This document shows positions 29,912 through 39,537 of a stretch of 64,000 nucleotides of DNA, in pieces (the first letter of the stretch is position 1; every line of letters starts with the position of its first letter). The notes under the pieces are model-generated. The model searched no databases. It was not told the origin of the DNA and saw nothing but the letters and a program-made list of their open reading frames with translations. A program made the position numbers and the translations under genes. The stretch comes from Nostoc sp. (lineage in GTDB: Bacteria; Cyanobacteriota; Cyanobacteriia; Cyanobacteriales; Nostocaceae). The stretch is taken from positions 2,045-66,044 of the forward strand of contig JBALDB010000060.1 in assembly GCA_036918135.1 (NCBI GenBank). The letters are read 5' to 3'.

Positions 29912-32092
29912 TTAATCAATCAGGTTTGAGGCTACACCAGTTGAACGTAATGCCATATTAATGAGAGTTTTTTGTGAATTTGCTTCTGGAGAATCATCAT
30001 AGGGACGGCGTTGAATGTAAGTACCATCAGCTTGTAACTCCCAAGCTTGGCGATTGTCTGCAAGCATAATTCCCAGAATTTCTTGCAAATCTTTAGCAAT
30101 ATCTGGGTCTTTGATTGGGGTAATTACTTCCACTCGCCGATCTAAGTTGCGGCGCATCCAATCAGCACTGCCAATATATATTTCCTCCTGTGTATTGTTA
30201 TGAAAATAATAAATTCGAGAGTGTTCTAAAAAGCGACCGACGATGCTGATTATATGAATGTTTTCACTAATATCTTTGAGTCCTGGCCGCAAACAACAAA
30301 TACCCCTAACAATTAAATCGATTTGTACTCCAGCGCGGGAAGCTTCATATAAAGTAGCAATAATTTCGGGATCGACTAAAGAATTCATTTTGGCAACAAT
30401 GCGCCCAGAAAAGCCCTTTTGAACATTTTCAATTTCGCGACGAATGAGTACTAAAAAGCGATCGCGCATATTCACAGGTGCAACCAGTAACTCTCGATAA
30501 GATTTTTGCCGAGAGTAGCCTGTCAAGAAATTAAATAAATCTGTAATGTCAGCACCCAATTCTTCACGGCAACTAAATAATCCCAAATCTGTATACAGCC
30601 GTGCAGTTTTCTGATTATAATTACCAGTGCCAATATGTACATACCGACGCATCCTGTCTTTTTCTCGCCGGACTACCATCAGAGTTTTACTATGGGTTTT
30701 CAGCCCCACTAAACCATAGACAACGTGAACGCCAACTCTTTCTAGTCGTTTTGCCCAATAAATATTATTCTCTTCATCAAACCGCGCCTTTAATTCCACC
30801 AGCACAGATACTTGCTTGCCATTTTCCGCAGCGGCGATTAAAGCGTTGACGATGGGTGAGTCGCCAGAAGTCCGATAGAGAGTCATTTTGATAGCTAGCA
30901 CATTCGGGTCGTAGGCAGCATAAGTAATAAAGCGCACCACAGAACCCGAAAAAGATTGATAAGGATGGTGTACTAACAAATCTTTTTCCCGAATTATCGA
31001 AAAAAAGTCTTTTCCTTCATCCGTTTCTAGTGCATTTGGATTTAAATTGGGTTCTCTAAGACGTTGCAGGCGCGATGGTACAACAGATTGACGTGGTGGA
31101 TCTTTGAGTTCTGGTAGTGGCAAGGACATGAAAGACATCAAATCCCGCAGTCCTAAAAGACCATCTACTTCGTAAACATCACTGTCTGTTAATTCTAAAT
31201 CTTGTAATAATCGCGATCGCACTGGTTCAGGTGTTTGGGATTGAATTTCTAGCCGCACTGGACTTCCACCTAAACGCCGTTTTCGCAGTTCTTGTTCGAT
31301 CGCTAACAACAAATCATCTGCTTCATCTTCTTCTAAGACTAAATCAGCGTCGCGGGTAATGCGGAACGGATGATATTCTTGAATATTCATCCCTGGAAAT
31401 AGGGATTCCAAGTTATGAGCGATCGCTTGTTCTAAAGGTATCCCAACCCAGTGAGTCGGTTTTTCTCGATCTTGAGTTGCTAACTCAAGCGGTAATGGTA
31501 AAAATCGCGGCAGAACGTTAGGGACTTTAACTCTGGCAAAGAATTCTTCTTCGGTATCTGGGTTTTTAACCACAACTGCTAGATTCAAACTGAGATTAGA
31601 AATAAACGGAAAAGGATGACTGGGGTCAACAGCTAAGGGAGTCAAAACTGGAAAAATTTGTTCTTCAAAATAGCTATTGAGATGATTCCGTTGTGTCTGA
31701 TTTAAATCTATATAATTTACGATATGAATTCCGTGCTTTGTTAATAGAGGGCGAAGTACTTGTTCAAAATGTTGATGCTGTTTCTTCACTTGGGGAATCA
31801 GCGTAGACCGGATATCGTCTAGTTGTTGTTGTGGTGTGCGACCGTCCGGACTTAACACGCTGACCTTGGCCTCTACTTGTTGCATTAAACCAGCAACCCG
31901 CACCATGAAAAACTCATCTAAATTAGAAGTGAAAATTGCTAAAAACTTCAGGCGTTCGAGAAGCGGGGTGCGATCGTCACAGGCTTCATGCAAAACTCTG
32001 CTATTAAATTCTAACCAGCTTAACTCTCGGTTAAGATAATATTGTGGATCGCTAAGATTGATTGGAGTAGTGCTTTTTTTAGATTTTGGCAT
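29912..32092 (-). CDS. ppk1: Polyphosphate kinase 1
   Basis: YLNRELSWLEFNSRVL, NLDEFFMVRVAGL, HHPYQSF, ELKARFDEENN, GTGNYN, GRFLEHSR, SADWMRRNLDRRVE. Confidence 0.98.
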   Translation of the reverse strand: MPKSKKSTTPINLSDPQYYLNRELSWLEFNSRVLHEACDDRTPLLERLKFLAIFTSNLDEFFMVRVAGLMQQVEAKVSVLSPDGRTPQQQLDDIRSTLIPQVKKQHQHFEQVLRPLLTKHGIHIVNYIDLNQTQRNHLNSYFEEQIFPVLTPLAVDPSHPFPFISNLSLNLAVVVKNPDTEEEFFARVKVPNVLPRFLPLPLELATQDREKPTHWVGIPLEQAIAHNLESLFPGMNIQEYHPFRITRDADLVLEEDEADDLLLAIEQELRKRRLGGSPVRLEIQSQTPEPVRSRLLQDLELTDSDVYEVDGLLGLRDLMSFMSLPLPELKDPPRQSVVPSRLQRLREPNLNPNALETDEGKDFFSIIREKDLLVHHPYQSFSGSVVRFITYAAYDPNVLAIKMTLYRTSGDSPIVNALIAAAENGKQVSVLVELKARFDEENNIYWAKRLERVGVHVVYGLVGLKTHSKTLMVVRREKDRMRRYVHIGTGNYNQKTARLYTDLGLFSCREELGADITDLFNFLTGYSRQKSYRELLVAPVNMRDRFLVLIRREIENVQKGFSGRIVAKMNSLVDPEIIATLYEASRAGVQIDLIVRGICCLRPGLKDISENIHIISIVGRFLEHSRIYYFHNNTQEEIYIGSADWMRRNLDRRVEVITPIKDPDIAKDLQEILGIMLADNRQAWELQADGTYIQRRPYDDSPEANSQKTLINMALRSTGVASNLID

Positions 32093-32275
32093 AATGACCT
32101 AACGGCAGCCAGATGTAGCCATTTAACTGGGGGACAATAAACATAGTAAGTTAAATGGTGTTTGAGCGTAACGCCGAGGCAACAGTTAGTCATAACTGTG
32201 TTTTTTAATAGATTTCAATAGGGCACACAGTATTCTATCCACATCAGAACCTCTAGGAAGGATTTCTAATTAAAA

Positions 32276-32446
32276 TAAGTAGTTGGACAAAAATATTTAC
32301 AGTCATTGCCAGCGAAGCGTACCACTTCGTGGAAGCAAGCTACGCGGAGCGTCTTGTAGAGAAGCAATCCCAACCCTTGTGATTGCTTCATTTCGCTTTG
32401 CTCCATTCGCAATGACGTTGTGTAATTAATTCTATCCGACTACTTA
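32276..32446. repeat. Three-layer nested palindromic repeat element
   Basis: Outer inverted repeat TAAGTAGTTGGA/TCCGACTACTTA; middle GTCATTGC(C)AGCGAAG..GAAGCAATC..GATTGCTTC..GCAATGAC (32302-32416); inner GCGTACCACTTCGTGGAAGCAAGCTACGC (32317-32345). Confidence 0.85.
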
Positions 32447-32998
32447 TTCAACAATCATCATAAAGTGCCTTATACTCTCACGTTAACGCACCTTGTATCT
32501 TATTAAGCAGTGCGTTACGCTCATAGCCATAATCGGATAATTTATTTTTGAAAGTCTTTAAGTTTGGGTATCCAAATCATTGCTCAAAGCATATTACCCA
32601 TAAAAATGCACTCCAGATTTAGCAAAGATATGGCATGGGTAATTCTGAAAATTTTTGAATAATTATGAAGCGCATTTTTCAGAGAATTTTGGTATGAAAG
32701 ACAGTCTAAAGTCTTACTCTCAGTTTTTAGAGATTTAGTTTTAATAAATACAAATTTTTGTTAGCATTATAACAATAACCATACATAGAGCAAGCAGGCA
32801 AAACCTTTGCTCTATTTCTTATATATTCAATATTTTGATGTAGATATTTAACTCTACACTAACAATTTTGTCTATTTATTTTTTTAATTTATAACCTCTA
32901 AAAGTTTGATAAAATTCAGTGTCATTACTGAAATATTTTACAGAAGTAATGGTTATATTGATAACGCAAAGAGAAACAACACAAGGAGTTTGTTAATC

Positions 32999-33424
32999 AT
33001 GAAAATCTCTGCAATTCTCAAAGGAAGCATTTTTGTATTAGGTTTAGTTAGTGTTGGTAATATCCTGTCTGCGCCAGCAAATGCAGGTCAAGCCGCAGCT
33101 CGTGGTGCTGCAACTATTGTTAGAGCTTCAGGTGCTTCTGTAAGTGTTAGTGGTGAATTAACCTTACCTCAAAATGCTTTCTTTCCCGGCCCTTTAACAG
33201 TCACACCGACTTACGATGGTGCAGCAGCTACAGACGATGAAACCATACTTAGCTTAGAAGTAGACCCAGGCACACCCGATGTTACTGCACTCTCTACTAG
33301 CAGCAGCAGTAATCCATTCGTTCAGGCAGCCGCAGATGCTTTAACCGCTGCTACTGACGTTGGGTCACAAGCAGCTCTCATTCGCGCTGGTGCTGGTGCT
33401 AATGGTTTAGGCGGTTTAGAATAG
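32999..33424 (+). CDS. Secreted small Ala/Gly/Ser/Thr-rich protein, paralog 1 (putative fibre subunit)
   Basis: SD AGGAG at 32984-32988; 29-aa Sec signal ending APANA; 112-aa mature chain; tail IRAGAGANGLGGLE. Function is inference. Confidence 0.85.
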   Translation: MKISAILKGSIFVLGLVSVGNILSAPANAGQAAARGAATIVRASGASVSVSGELTLPQNAFFPGPLTVTPTYDGAAATDDETILSLEVDPGTPDVTALSTSSSSNPFVQAAADALTAATDVGSQAALIRAGAGANGLGGLE

Positions 33425-33551
33425 ATTGAATTTTGCTTTGTAAGTACTTACTGAATTTTTAGCAATTAAGAGAACAGCTGAATAAATCTATAGATAATAG
33501 GGAAGACAAATTGCAATGCTATGTCTGTTCCCTATATTTATTTTGTGGCTC

Positions 33552-33585
33552 AGATTCCCGACTTTTTATAGGAAGTCGGGAATCT
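33552..33585. terminator. Perfect 13-bp hairpin between the two paralogs (dispersed repeat or terminator)
   Basis: AGATTCCCGACTT-tttatagg-AAGTCGGGAATCT. Confidence 0.65.
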
Positions 33586-33987
33586 TGTTGTATGGGTCTT
33601 TCGTAGGGTTATATAGCTGTGTACCCCTACTTTGTTTTGCATACTCTGATACACAGATTAAATTTTTATTTAACACATCAAGAAATTGAATGAAAGCGTT
33701 GGTGATTTGCTATAGCAATCTGGAATCATCTCTTTACATAGCTTTATAAACTCTAAAACACTTATTAAATAATAAATAGAGCGTTTGTGTAATAATACGC
33801 ACACTAAAAATGTCCATTGTTAACAAAACTTTCATATCAAAGATTATATATTTTTATCTGCAAAAAGCAATAAAAGAAATATAAAGAAAAGTTTCATCTC
33901 GACTTTTGCTAGTGGAGTTGAAGTTTGCATTTTCAATGCAATATTGGGGAACAAGCTAAGGTAAAAATATCAGGAGTTTTATAAATT

Positions 33988-34419
33988 ATGAGTAGCTTAT
34001 CTAAAAAATTATCTATAATTCTTCAGCGAAGTATTTGCTTGTTAGGTTTAATGAGTGCTGGAAATTTTTTAGCAGTGCCAGCAAATGCACAACAAGCTAG
34101 TGCTGTTGGTGCTGTTAGTCTAATTAGACCTTCTGGTACTTTTTTGAGTGTGAGTGGTCAAGTAATTTTACCTTCTGGGTTTTATTTTGATGGAGGTTTA
34201 CAAATTACACCTACCTATGCAGGTATAGCAGGCACAAATGAGGAAACTGTTACTAGTCTGACAATAACCCCAGGAATAGTTAAAACTACTACAGTCTCTT
34301 CCCCAAATTCGTTTGTTAATACAGCAGCAAACTTATTAAATGATAGTACTTCGGTTGAAAATGTGACAACTATAATCCGAGCAGGTGCTGGTAATAATGG
34401 CTTAGGTGCTTTAGATTAG
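33988..34419 (+). CDS. Secreted small protein, paralog 2 (putative fibre subunit)
   Basis: SD AGGAG at 33972-33976; 34-aa signal ending VPANA; 109-aa mature chain, 52/112 aligned positions identical to paralog 1; tail IRAGAGNNGLGALD. Confidence 0.85.
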   Translation: MSSLSKKLSIILQRSICLLGLMSAGNFLAVPANAQQASAVGAVSLIRPSGTFLSVSGQVILPSGFYFDGGLQITPTYAGIAGTNEETVTSLTITPGIVKTTTVSSPNSFVNTAANLLNDSTSVENVTTIIRAGAGNNGLGALD

Positions 34420-34489
34420 ACAGAATTTATAAATTAACACTTTTAGATGCTCAACTTTATAAATAAGTTGGGTATCTTGCATACTAAAA

Positions 34490-37402
34490 TTAAAATCTAT
34501 AACCACCTTGAAACTTCAGGTCAAAGCCATTTTCACCTGTACCAATCTGACTTTCTATAAATACACCATTATCAGGAAAAGTATGCCGGAAAATTAGTCC
34601 ATAATTGAAGCCAGAAACTCGATTATCTAAACCAATATTATTAACACTATAATTTCTTAAATAAGCACCAAGAGAAATTCTTTTACTAATTCTTCGCAAC
34701 CCTTGAAACTCAAAGAATAATTCTTTACCAATCTCTAGGCTTGTTTTAAAATTTAAACCTTGGCTAGTACCAAATTCTCCATTAAAAAGACCTAATAATT
34801 CACCATTACTATTATCTTGAATATAAGCGATACCAGGAGCTAAGGAAAAGCCAAAGTTTCTTTCTTGATGTTGAAAGAAATAACTTAAGAAGGTGGAAAA
34901 AGGATTATTTTTATTAGATGCACTATTCCAGTCAATTCTTAAGTAGGGTATATGAGTATTAATAGCTACAGGTTTTTTATTTGAATTTAAACGTACATCA
35001 GTTTTAATATAATTGAGAAGTATACCAGCATATATACCTATAGTTGGTTCTTCTATTCCGAAATTATTATTAGAAACGCCTGGTGCTGAGTTAGCGTCTA
35101 TATTAAACCAGGTTCCCAAGTTAGCACTATAGTTAAAATTCCCAGAAGAACCTGCTGCTAATAATTCGATTGTGGGTAAAGAAAGATAACCGTTAAAGTT
35201 ATTAAAACTAATACTAATTTTATCAACTCTAGTGAGTTCCATATAATCGAACGCTAAATCAGATGACCTGACTTGAAGCGGTACTATCGTATTATCGGCT
35301 GAACTAAATTGCTGTACAAATTGTTGCCCTTGCGAGTTTGTCAAAATTACTTCTACAGCAGAAGATTCGTTAATCGGATCGATAGAAGTATCTTTTAAAG
35401 GAATTGGGATACCGATAAAAGTCAGAGGGCCAAACTTTTCATTAGAAAGTCTGAGGTCAGAAAAAAATGTATCACCTTCATTTAAGATAGAAATATTTCT
35501 TTCTAAAAACTGAACTGCTCGTTTATGGTTTCCGGTTCTTACTTGTAAGATACTCGACTTGTTAGGAGTAATTTTACTTGGAAGTGTATAAGTTCCAGAT
35601 ACTTGCTCTAGTCCACTGCCTGCATTAGCATAAGCTAAAGTGCGATTCAATCTGTTATTAATTTGTCTTCTTTGCTCGGCTGTTGCAGGTGTATTTAAAG
35701 GAGTAAAACCTTCTCCCTTCTTAAATTTTTCTCTAGCTTCTTGTAAACCTTGTTGAATATTATTAATTTTAATAGCTTCAAAAACCTCACCTAACAGCAA
35801 ACCTAATGTAGAATTCAGTGATTGAGTAGAATTAATACTAAAATCACTAAATTTAGCGGTTATAGATATGCCTGGAGCAGAAAAAATATTAGAGAAAGTA
35901 GCCTTAACATTTGTTGGGTCATATTGGATTAAGCTGCGATTATGAGGACGGCTAACATAGAGTCTATGCCAATATGAATTGTCTTGAGTTTGAGATAGTG
36001 TTTCAAACTCAGGTTGTCTTCTTCCTAAAGATAGCCACTGTAAAGAGTTAAGATAATGAAAGTCTTTCTCCGATTGAGAAAGAAAAGGATTGACTGCTAC
36101 ATTTAACAAATCAAAATTATCGAATTTTCCAAGTTGAGCAACTTTAATACCTGGAAAGGAAGAAACAGGAGCAGTAAAACCGAAACCTTTTCCGGTTAAT
36201 ATATCTCCCCAAAAAATTCCAGCAGCTTCAAGGGCATTTTTTGGAATTATTTCGCCAACTTGAAGTTTAACGTTTCCATCATCTAGCAAAGGTTGCAGAT
36301 TTGTTGTGGGAAAGCCTTGCAGAATCTTAGGAGCATTGGTAGCATCTAAAGCTTGAAATAAAGCTTGTCCACCATCAACACTCAAAGTTGAGCCACTACC
36401 AATTTTTGGTATAGGATTTTTGAGAACTGTGACATTAGGGTTATTTAAATCAACACCACTATTAATAATAACTCTGCCAGCAGGTATACCTTCTGGATTT
36501 ATTAATTGTCCTGCTATTGTGGTTATAGAAAAATTATTGGTAGCAACTTCTCCATCTAAATTCTGAAAATCAGTAGGTATGGCAAACAGAGATTGCAATC
36601 CCCAAAATGCTTGCTGTGAAGTAACATTTTGGGTGATATAAGTATTAGTTTCTCTTCCTTGAGAAAGGATACCTACTTGAGAGCCTTTGGTTTCAACTAC
36701 TACCCTGTTGTTGTCGAGAACCCAGTAAAACTGATCGTGTTTAGGAAATTTAGCATAAGTAAATTTATTAATAATCTGATTGTCGTCAGAAAATCTTATC
36801 CTGATATCTGTATCTATATAATTTTCTTCATGATTTGGTTTAAATAATTGAGTTTGAAAAGTAAGATTATCTGTAGGGTTAACAATCCAAGGGTATTTAT
36901 TGGCGCTAAATGTCAGAGCATCAAGAATTATTTCTTTTTGTTTTGCTTGTTGTTGCTTTTTTGTTCGACGTAGTTTTTCTATAAGTATTTGTTGTGTTGG
37001 CGTATATTGTTGAGTTCTATTTAGTTGAGGTTCTTGTCGTTCTCGCTCGTCTGGGTTGGGAGGTTGTACTTTATATTCTTCAATTGGGATAACATCAGCT
37101 ATAGTGAATTGGCGTAATTTATTTGGTTTTTGGAAGTTAGTTTTAGTATTTTTTAAGGCGTGTATTAACAGTGCTTGGCTTCGAGAACTGTCTATTTTAT
37201 TGTCCTGATTAGTAGTAATTAAATTAACATTATTTTGAGTGGTTAGGTCTAAGGCGATCGCACATGCTTCTTTTAATAAAATTTTGCCTAAAATTATGGA
37301 AAATAATAAACACAATCCAATAATTTTTACCTTTTCTCTGAATCTCAATAGGGAGATATCGATAGTTATTTGAATCGAAATGGAAACTTTTAATATTTTC
37401 AC
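34490..37402 (-). CDS. Large exported protein with C-terminal outer-membrane beta-barrel (autotransporter-like architecture)
   Basis: N-terminal hydrophobic signal-like stretch (IIGLCLLFSIILG..ACAIA); about 12 amphipathic aromatic strands in the last ~215 aa; terminal GFDLKFQGGYRF fits the BAM beta-signal. GTG start uncertain. Confidence 0.75.
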   Translation of the reverse strand: MKILKVSISIQITIDISLLRFREKVKIIGLCLLFSIILGKILLKEACAIALDLTTQNNVNLITTNQDNKIDSSRSQALLIHALKNTKTNFQKPNKLRQFTIADVIPIEEYKVQPPNPDERERQEPQLNRTQQYTPTQQILIEKLRRTKKQQQAKQKEIILDALTFSANKYPWIVNPTDNLTFQTQLFKPNHEENYIDTDIRIRFSDDNQIINKFTYAKFPKHDQFYWVLDNNRVVVETKGSQVGILSQGRETNTYITQNVTSQQAFWGLQSLFAIPTDFQNLDGEVATNNFSITTIAGQLINPEGIPAGRVIINSGVDLNNPNVTVLKNPIPKIGSGSTLSVDGGQALFQALDATNAPKILQGFPTTNLQPLLDDGNVKLQVGEIIPKNALEAAGIFWGDILTGKGFGFTAPVSSFPGIKVAQLGKFDNFDLLNVAVNPFLSQSEKDFHYLNSLQWLSLGRRQPEFETLSQTQDNSYWHRLYVSRPHNRSLIQYDPTNVKATFSNIFSAPGISITAKFSDFSINSTQSLNSTLGLLLGEVFEAIKINNIQQGLQEAREKFKKGEGFTPLNTPATAEQRRQINNRLNRTLAYANAGSGLEQVSGTYTLPSKITPNKSSILQVRTGNHKRAVQFLERNISILNEGDTFFSDLRLSNEKFGPLTFIGIPIPLKDTSIDPINESSAVEVILTNSQGQQFVQQFSSADNTIVPLQVRSSDLAFDYMELTRVDKISISFNNFNGYLSLPTIELLAAGSSGNFNYSANLGTWFNIDANSAPGVSNNNFGIEEPTIGIYAGILLNYIKTDVRLNSNKKPVAINTHIPYLRIDWNSASNKNNPFSTFLSYFFQHQERNFGFSLAPGIAYIQDNSNGELLGLFNGEFGTSQGLNFKTSLEIGKELFFEFQGLRRISKRISLGAYLRNYSVNNIGLDNRVSGFNYGLIFRHTFPDNGVFIESQIGTGENGFDLKFQGGYRF

Positions 37403-37737
37403 AATAAAAAATGTGGTAAATTCAAGCTATTTGAATTGAGCTAATGTTTGGAATTAATCATTTGCAATATTTAAAATTAGATTTTTGATTGGTTTAATAT
37501 GGATGCTTTCTAACAGTAGTTTCAGTAAATCTCGCTATAAATAGTCTAAGAAAATCAATTTTTTATCCTGGCTGTAAAGAATAAAATAGGATTAAGCAGA
37601 TTTACTGCAACAAGAGTGTAATTCTTGAGCAATAATTCAACCTCAGCAAAATCACCAAAACTACAAAATTGAGCTATTATTCAGCCGTATAAATACGTAA
37701 TTTGAAGATATTTAGTAAAAAAAATTAAGTAAAAAAT

Positions 37738-39195
37738 ATGTTTCAGGCTACTCGCCGCCGTCTGGCAATTTGGTACACCGCTGTGACTGCCGTATTACTA
37801 CTACTGTTTGCCAGTGGCGTTTATTTATACGTCCGCAGTACACTGATTGAGCGGATTGACGATACTCTTAACCACGTAGTGGAAGTAGTAGAGCGATGTT
37901 TAACAACAAGCCCCTGTGCGTCTAGACTCATCATTGAGCCAGTCAATTCCGACGCTGATAAATTTCGCATTAATGTAGAGGCGAGTTTTCCCGACAATGC
38001 CGACAGCACAGAAGATGACCACATCGACCTAGAATGGTTTAGTCCCACCGGTGAGTTAATTTGGTCAACGCTATCCGAACCCCTAAATATTCCCATTTAT
38101 GCCAACCGCACTGGTGAAACCGTCCGCGTAGTCAAAGCAAAAAAAGACCGAGATGATAAATTCACCATTCCCCACTCGCCACTTTTATTGCGACAAGTTA
38201 CACAACGGGTGGAAGTGGGACGCCAAGTATTAGGATATCTGCGTGTTAGCCATCCTTGGTTTGAAGTTGCAAAACCCAGTCGTCAATTAATTTTTGATTT
38301 GGCGCTAGGTATTGGGTTAATGCTGGTTTCTGTAGCAGCAAGTGGCTGGTTTCTTTCAGGTAAAGCTATGGAACCAGTAGGTGAGTCCTACCAACGCCTG
38401 AAACAATTTACTGCCGATGCTTCTCATGAATTGAGAAGTCCTATTACTTTGATTCAAACCAATGTGCAAGTTGCACTTGCTGACTTGGAGTTAGCAGAAG
38501 CAGAAACTACTACTTCTGTGCAATATCGCCAACAGTTAAAAATAGTAGAACGATTAACACAGCGTTTAGGTAAGTTAGTCAATGATTTACTCTTCCTCGC
38601 AAGGCAGGATAGTGGTATCAGCAAAGATACCTTTGCACCTTGTCCCTTGGACGCCTTGCTAATGGAAGTGGTTGAAGAACAACAATTGTTAGTTCCTGAA
38701 AAACAAATCGCCTTGACTTTAGACTTAATCGATCCTCCCGCTTCGGAAACTAGTCCCGAATTACTAGAAAATTGGTTTACACTTGTGGGCAATTGGGATC
38801 AGCTGGTGCGACTATTCACAAATTTGATTGCGAATGCCTTGCATTACACACCAGCAGGTGGACGAGTGAAAGTAGAATTGGCGCGGATAGAAGGAATAAA
38901 TCGTGTTTCTGGACGACGTTACACCAGTGCCCAGTTGCAAGTTAAAGTCATTGATACTGGAGTCGGAATTCCAGCAGAGGCACTACCGCACTTATTTGAC
39001 CGCTTTTATCGAGTAGATCCGGCACGTACTCATCGGACTGGAAATACAGTCAAAGCCAGCGCTACTGGTTCGGGATTGGGATTAGCGATCGCTGCTGCTA
39101 TTGTCGAATATCACCAAGGTTATATTCAAGTTGAAAGTACCCAAGGTATTGGTACAACCTTTGCCGTAATTTTACCGATAACTCTTGAGTTTTAA
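37738..39195 (+). CDS. Two-component sensor histidine kinase (orphan, two TMs)
   Basis: RRRLAIWY-TM, periplasmic loop, TM, FTADASHELRSP H-box, NLIANALHY, DTGVGI, FDRFYRVD, GSGLGLAI. Confidence 0.95.
   Translation: MFQATRRRLAIWYTAVTAVLLLLFASGVYLYVRSTLIERIDDTLNHVVEVVERCLTTSPCASRLIIEPVNSDADKFRINVEASFPDNADSTEDDHIDLEWFSPTGELIWSTLSEPLNIPIYANRTGETVRVVKAKKDRDDKFTIPHSPLLLRQVTQRVEVGRQVLGYLRVSHPWFEVAKPSRQLIFDLALGIGLMLVSVAASGWFLSGKAMEPVGESYQRLKQFTADASHELRSPITLIQTNVQVALADLELAEAETTTSVQYRQQLKIVERLTQRLGKLVNDLLFLARQDSGISKDTFAPCPLDALLMEVVEEQQLLVPEKQIALTLDLIDPPASETSPELLENWFTLVGNWDQLVRLFTNLIANALHYTPAGGRVKVELARIEGINRVSGRRYTSAQLQVKVIDTGVGIPAEALPHLFDRFYRVDPARTHRTGNTVKASATGSGLGLAIAAAIVEYHQGYIQVESTQGIGTTFAVILPITLEF
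37897..37926 (+). repeat. Small dispersed repeat in frame inside the histidine kinase (encodes CLTTSPCASR)
   Basis: TGTTTAACAACAAGCCCCTGTGCGTCTAGA, 24/30 identical to the minus-strand segment 56301-56272. Confidence 0.75.
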
Positions 39196-39537
39196 ATTTT
39201 CTATTCAAATGTTGTTTCCTGTGATAGATGTAGATGTTTAACTTTTTTCCTATTAGGAAATTGTCAAACCAGGCAAATTGACTATTATGAAAATGTCAAC
39301 AATCGAAATAATCAAAGTCTATATACTTATTTACTTATTTAAATATATAAATTTTCCGTCTTCTGGATTAACTCTTATGTCTAAATATATATGTTTTTAG
39401 AGTCTACAGTAAGATGTAAACTTTAAACGAAATTGCTAGTTTGAAAATGTAATTCAGAATTTAGAACTGATTACATAAATATTGATGTTTGAAAATTTTT
39501 AAAAAGAAGAAAACGTAAATTTTTCCAGGAGTTAACA

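Noticed and set aside
32906-32998. 31-aa N-terminal extension of secreted paralog 1
   Set aside because: The SD and signal peptide indicate a start at ATG 32999, matching paralog 2.
37403-37737. NtcA boxes (GTA-N8-TAC) in the intergenic regions around the candidate fibre locus
   Set aside because: No convincing exact match found by eye; a near match upstream of DUF1815 has a 10-nt spacer.
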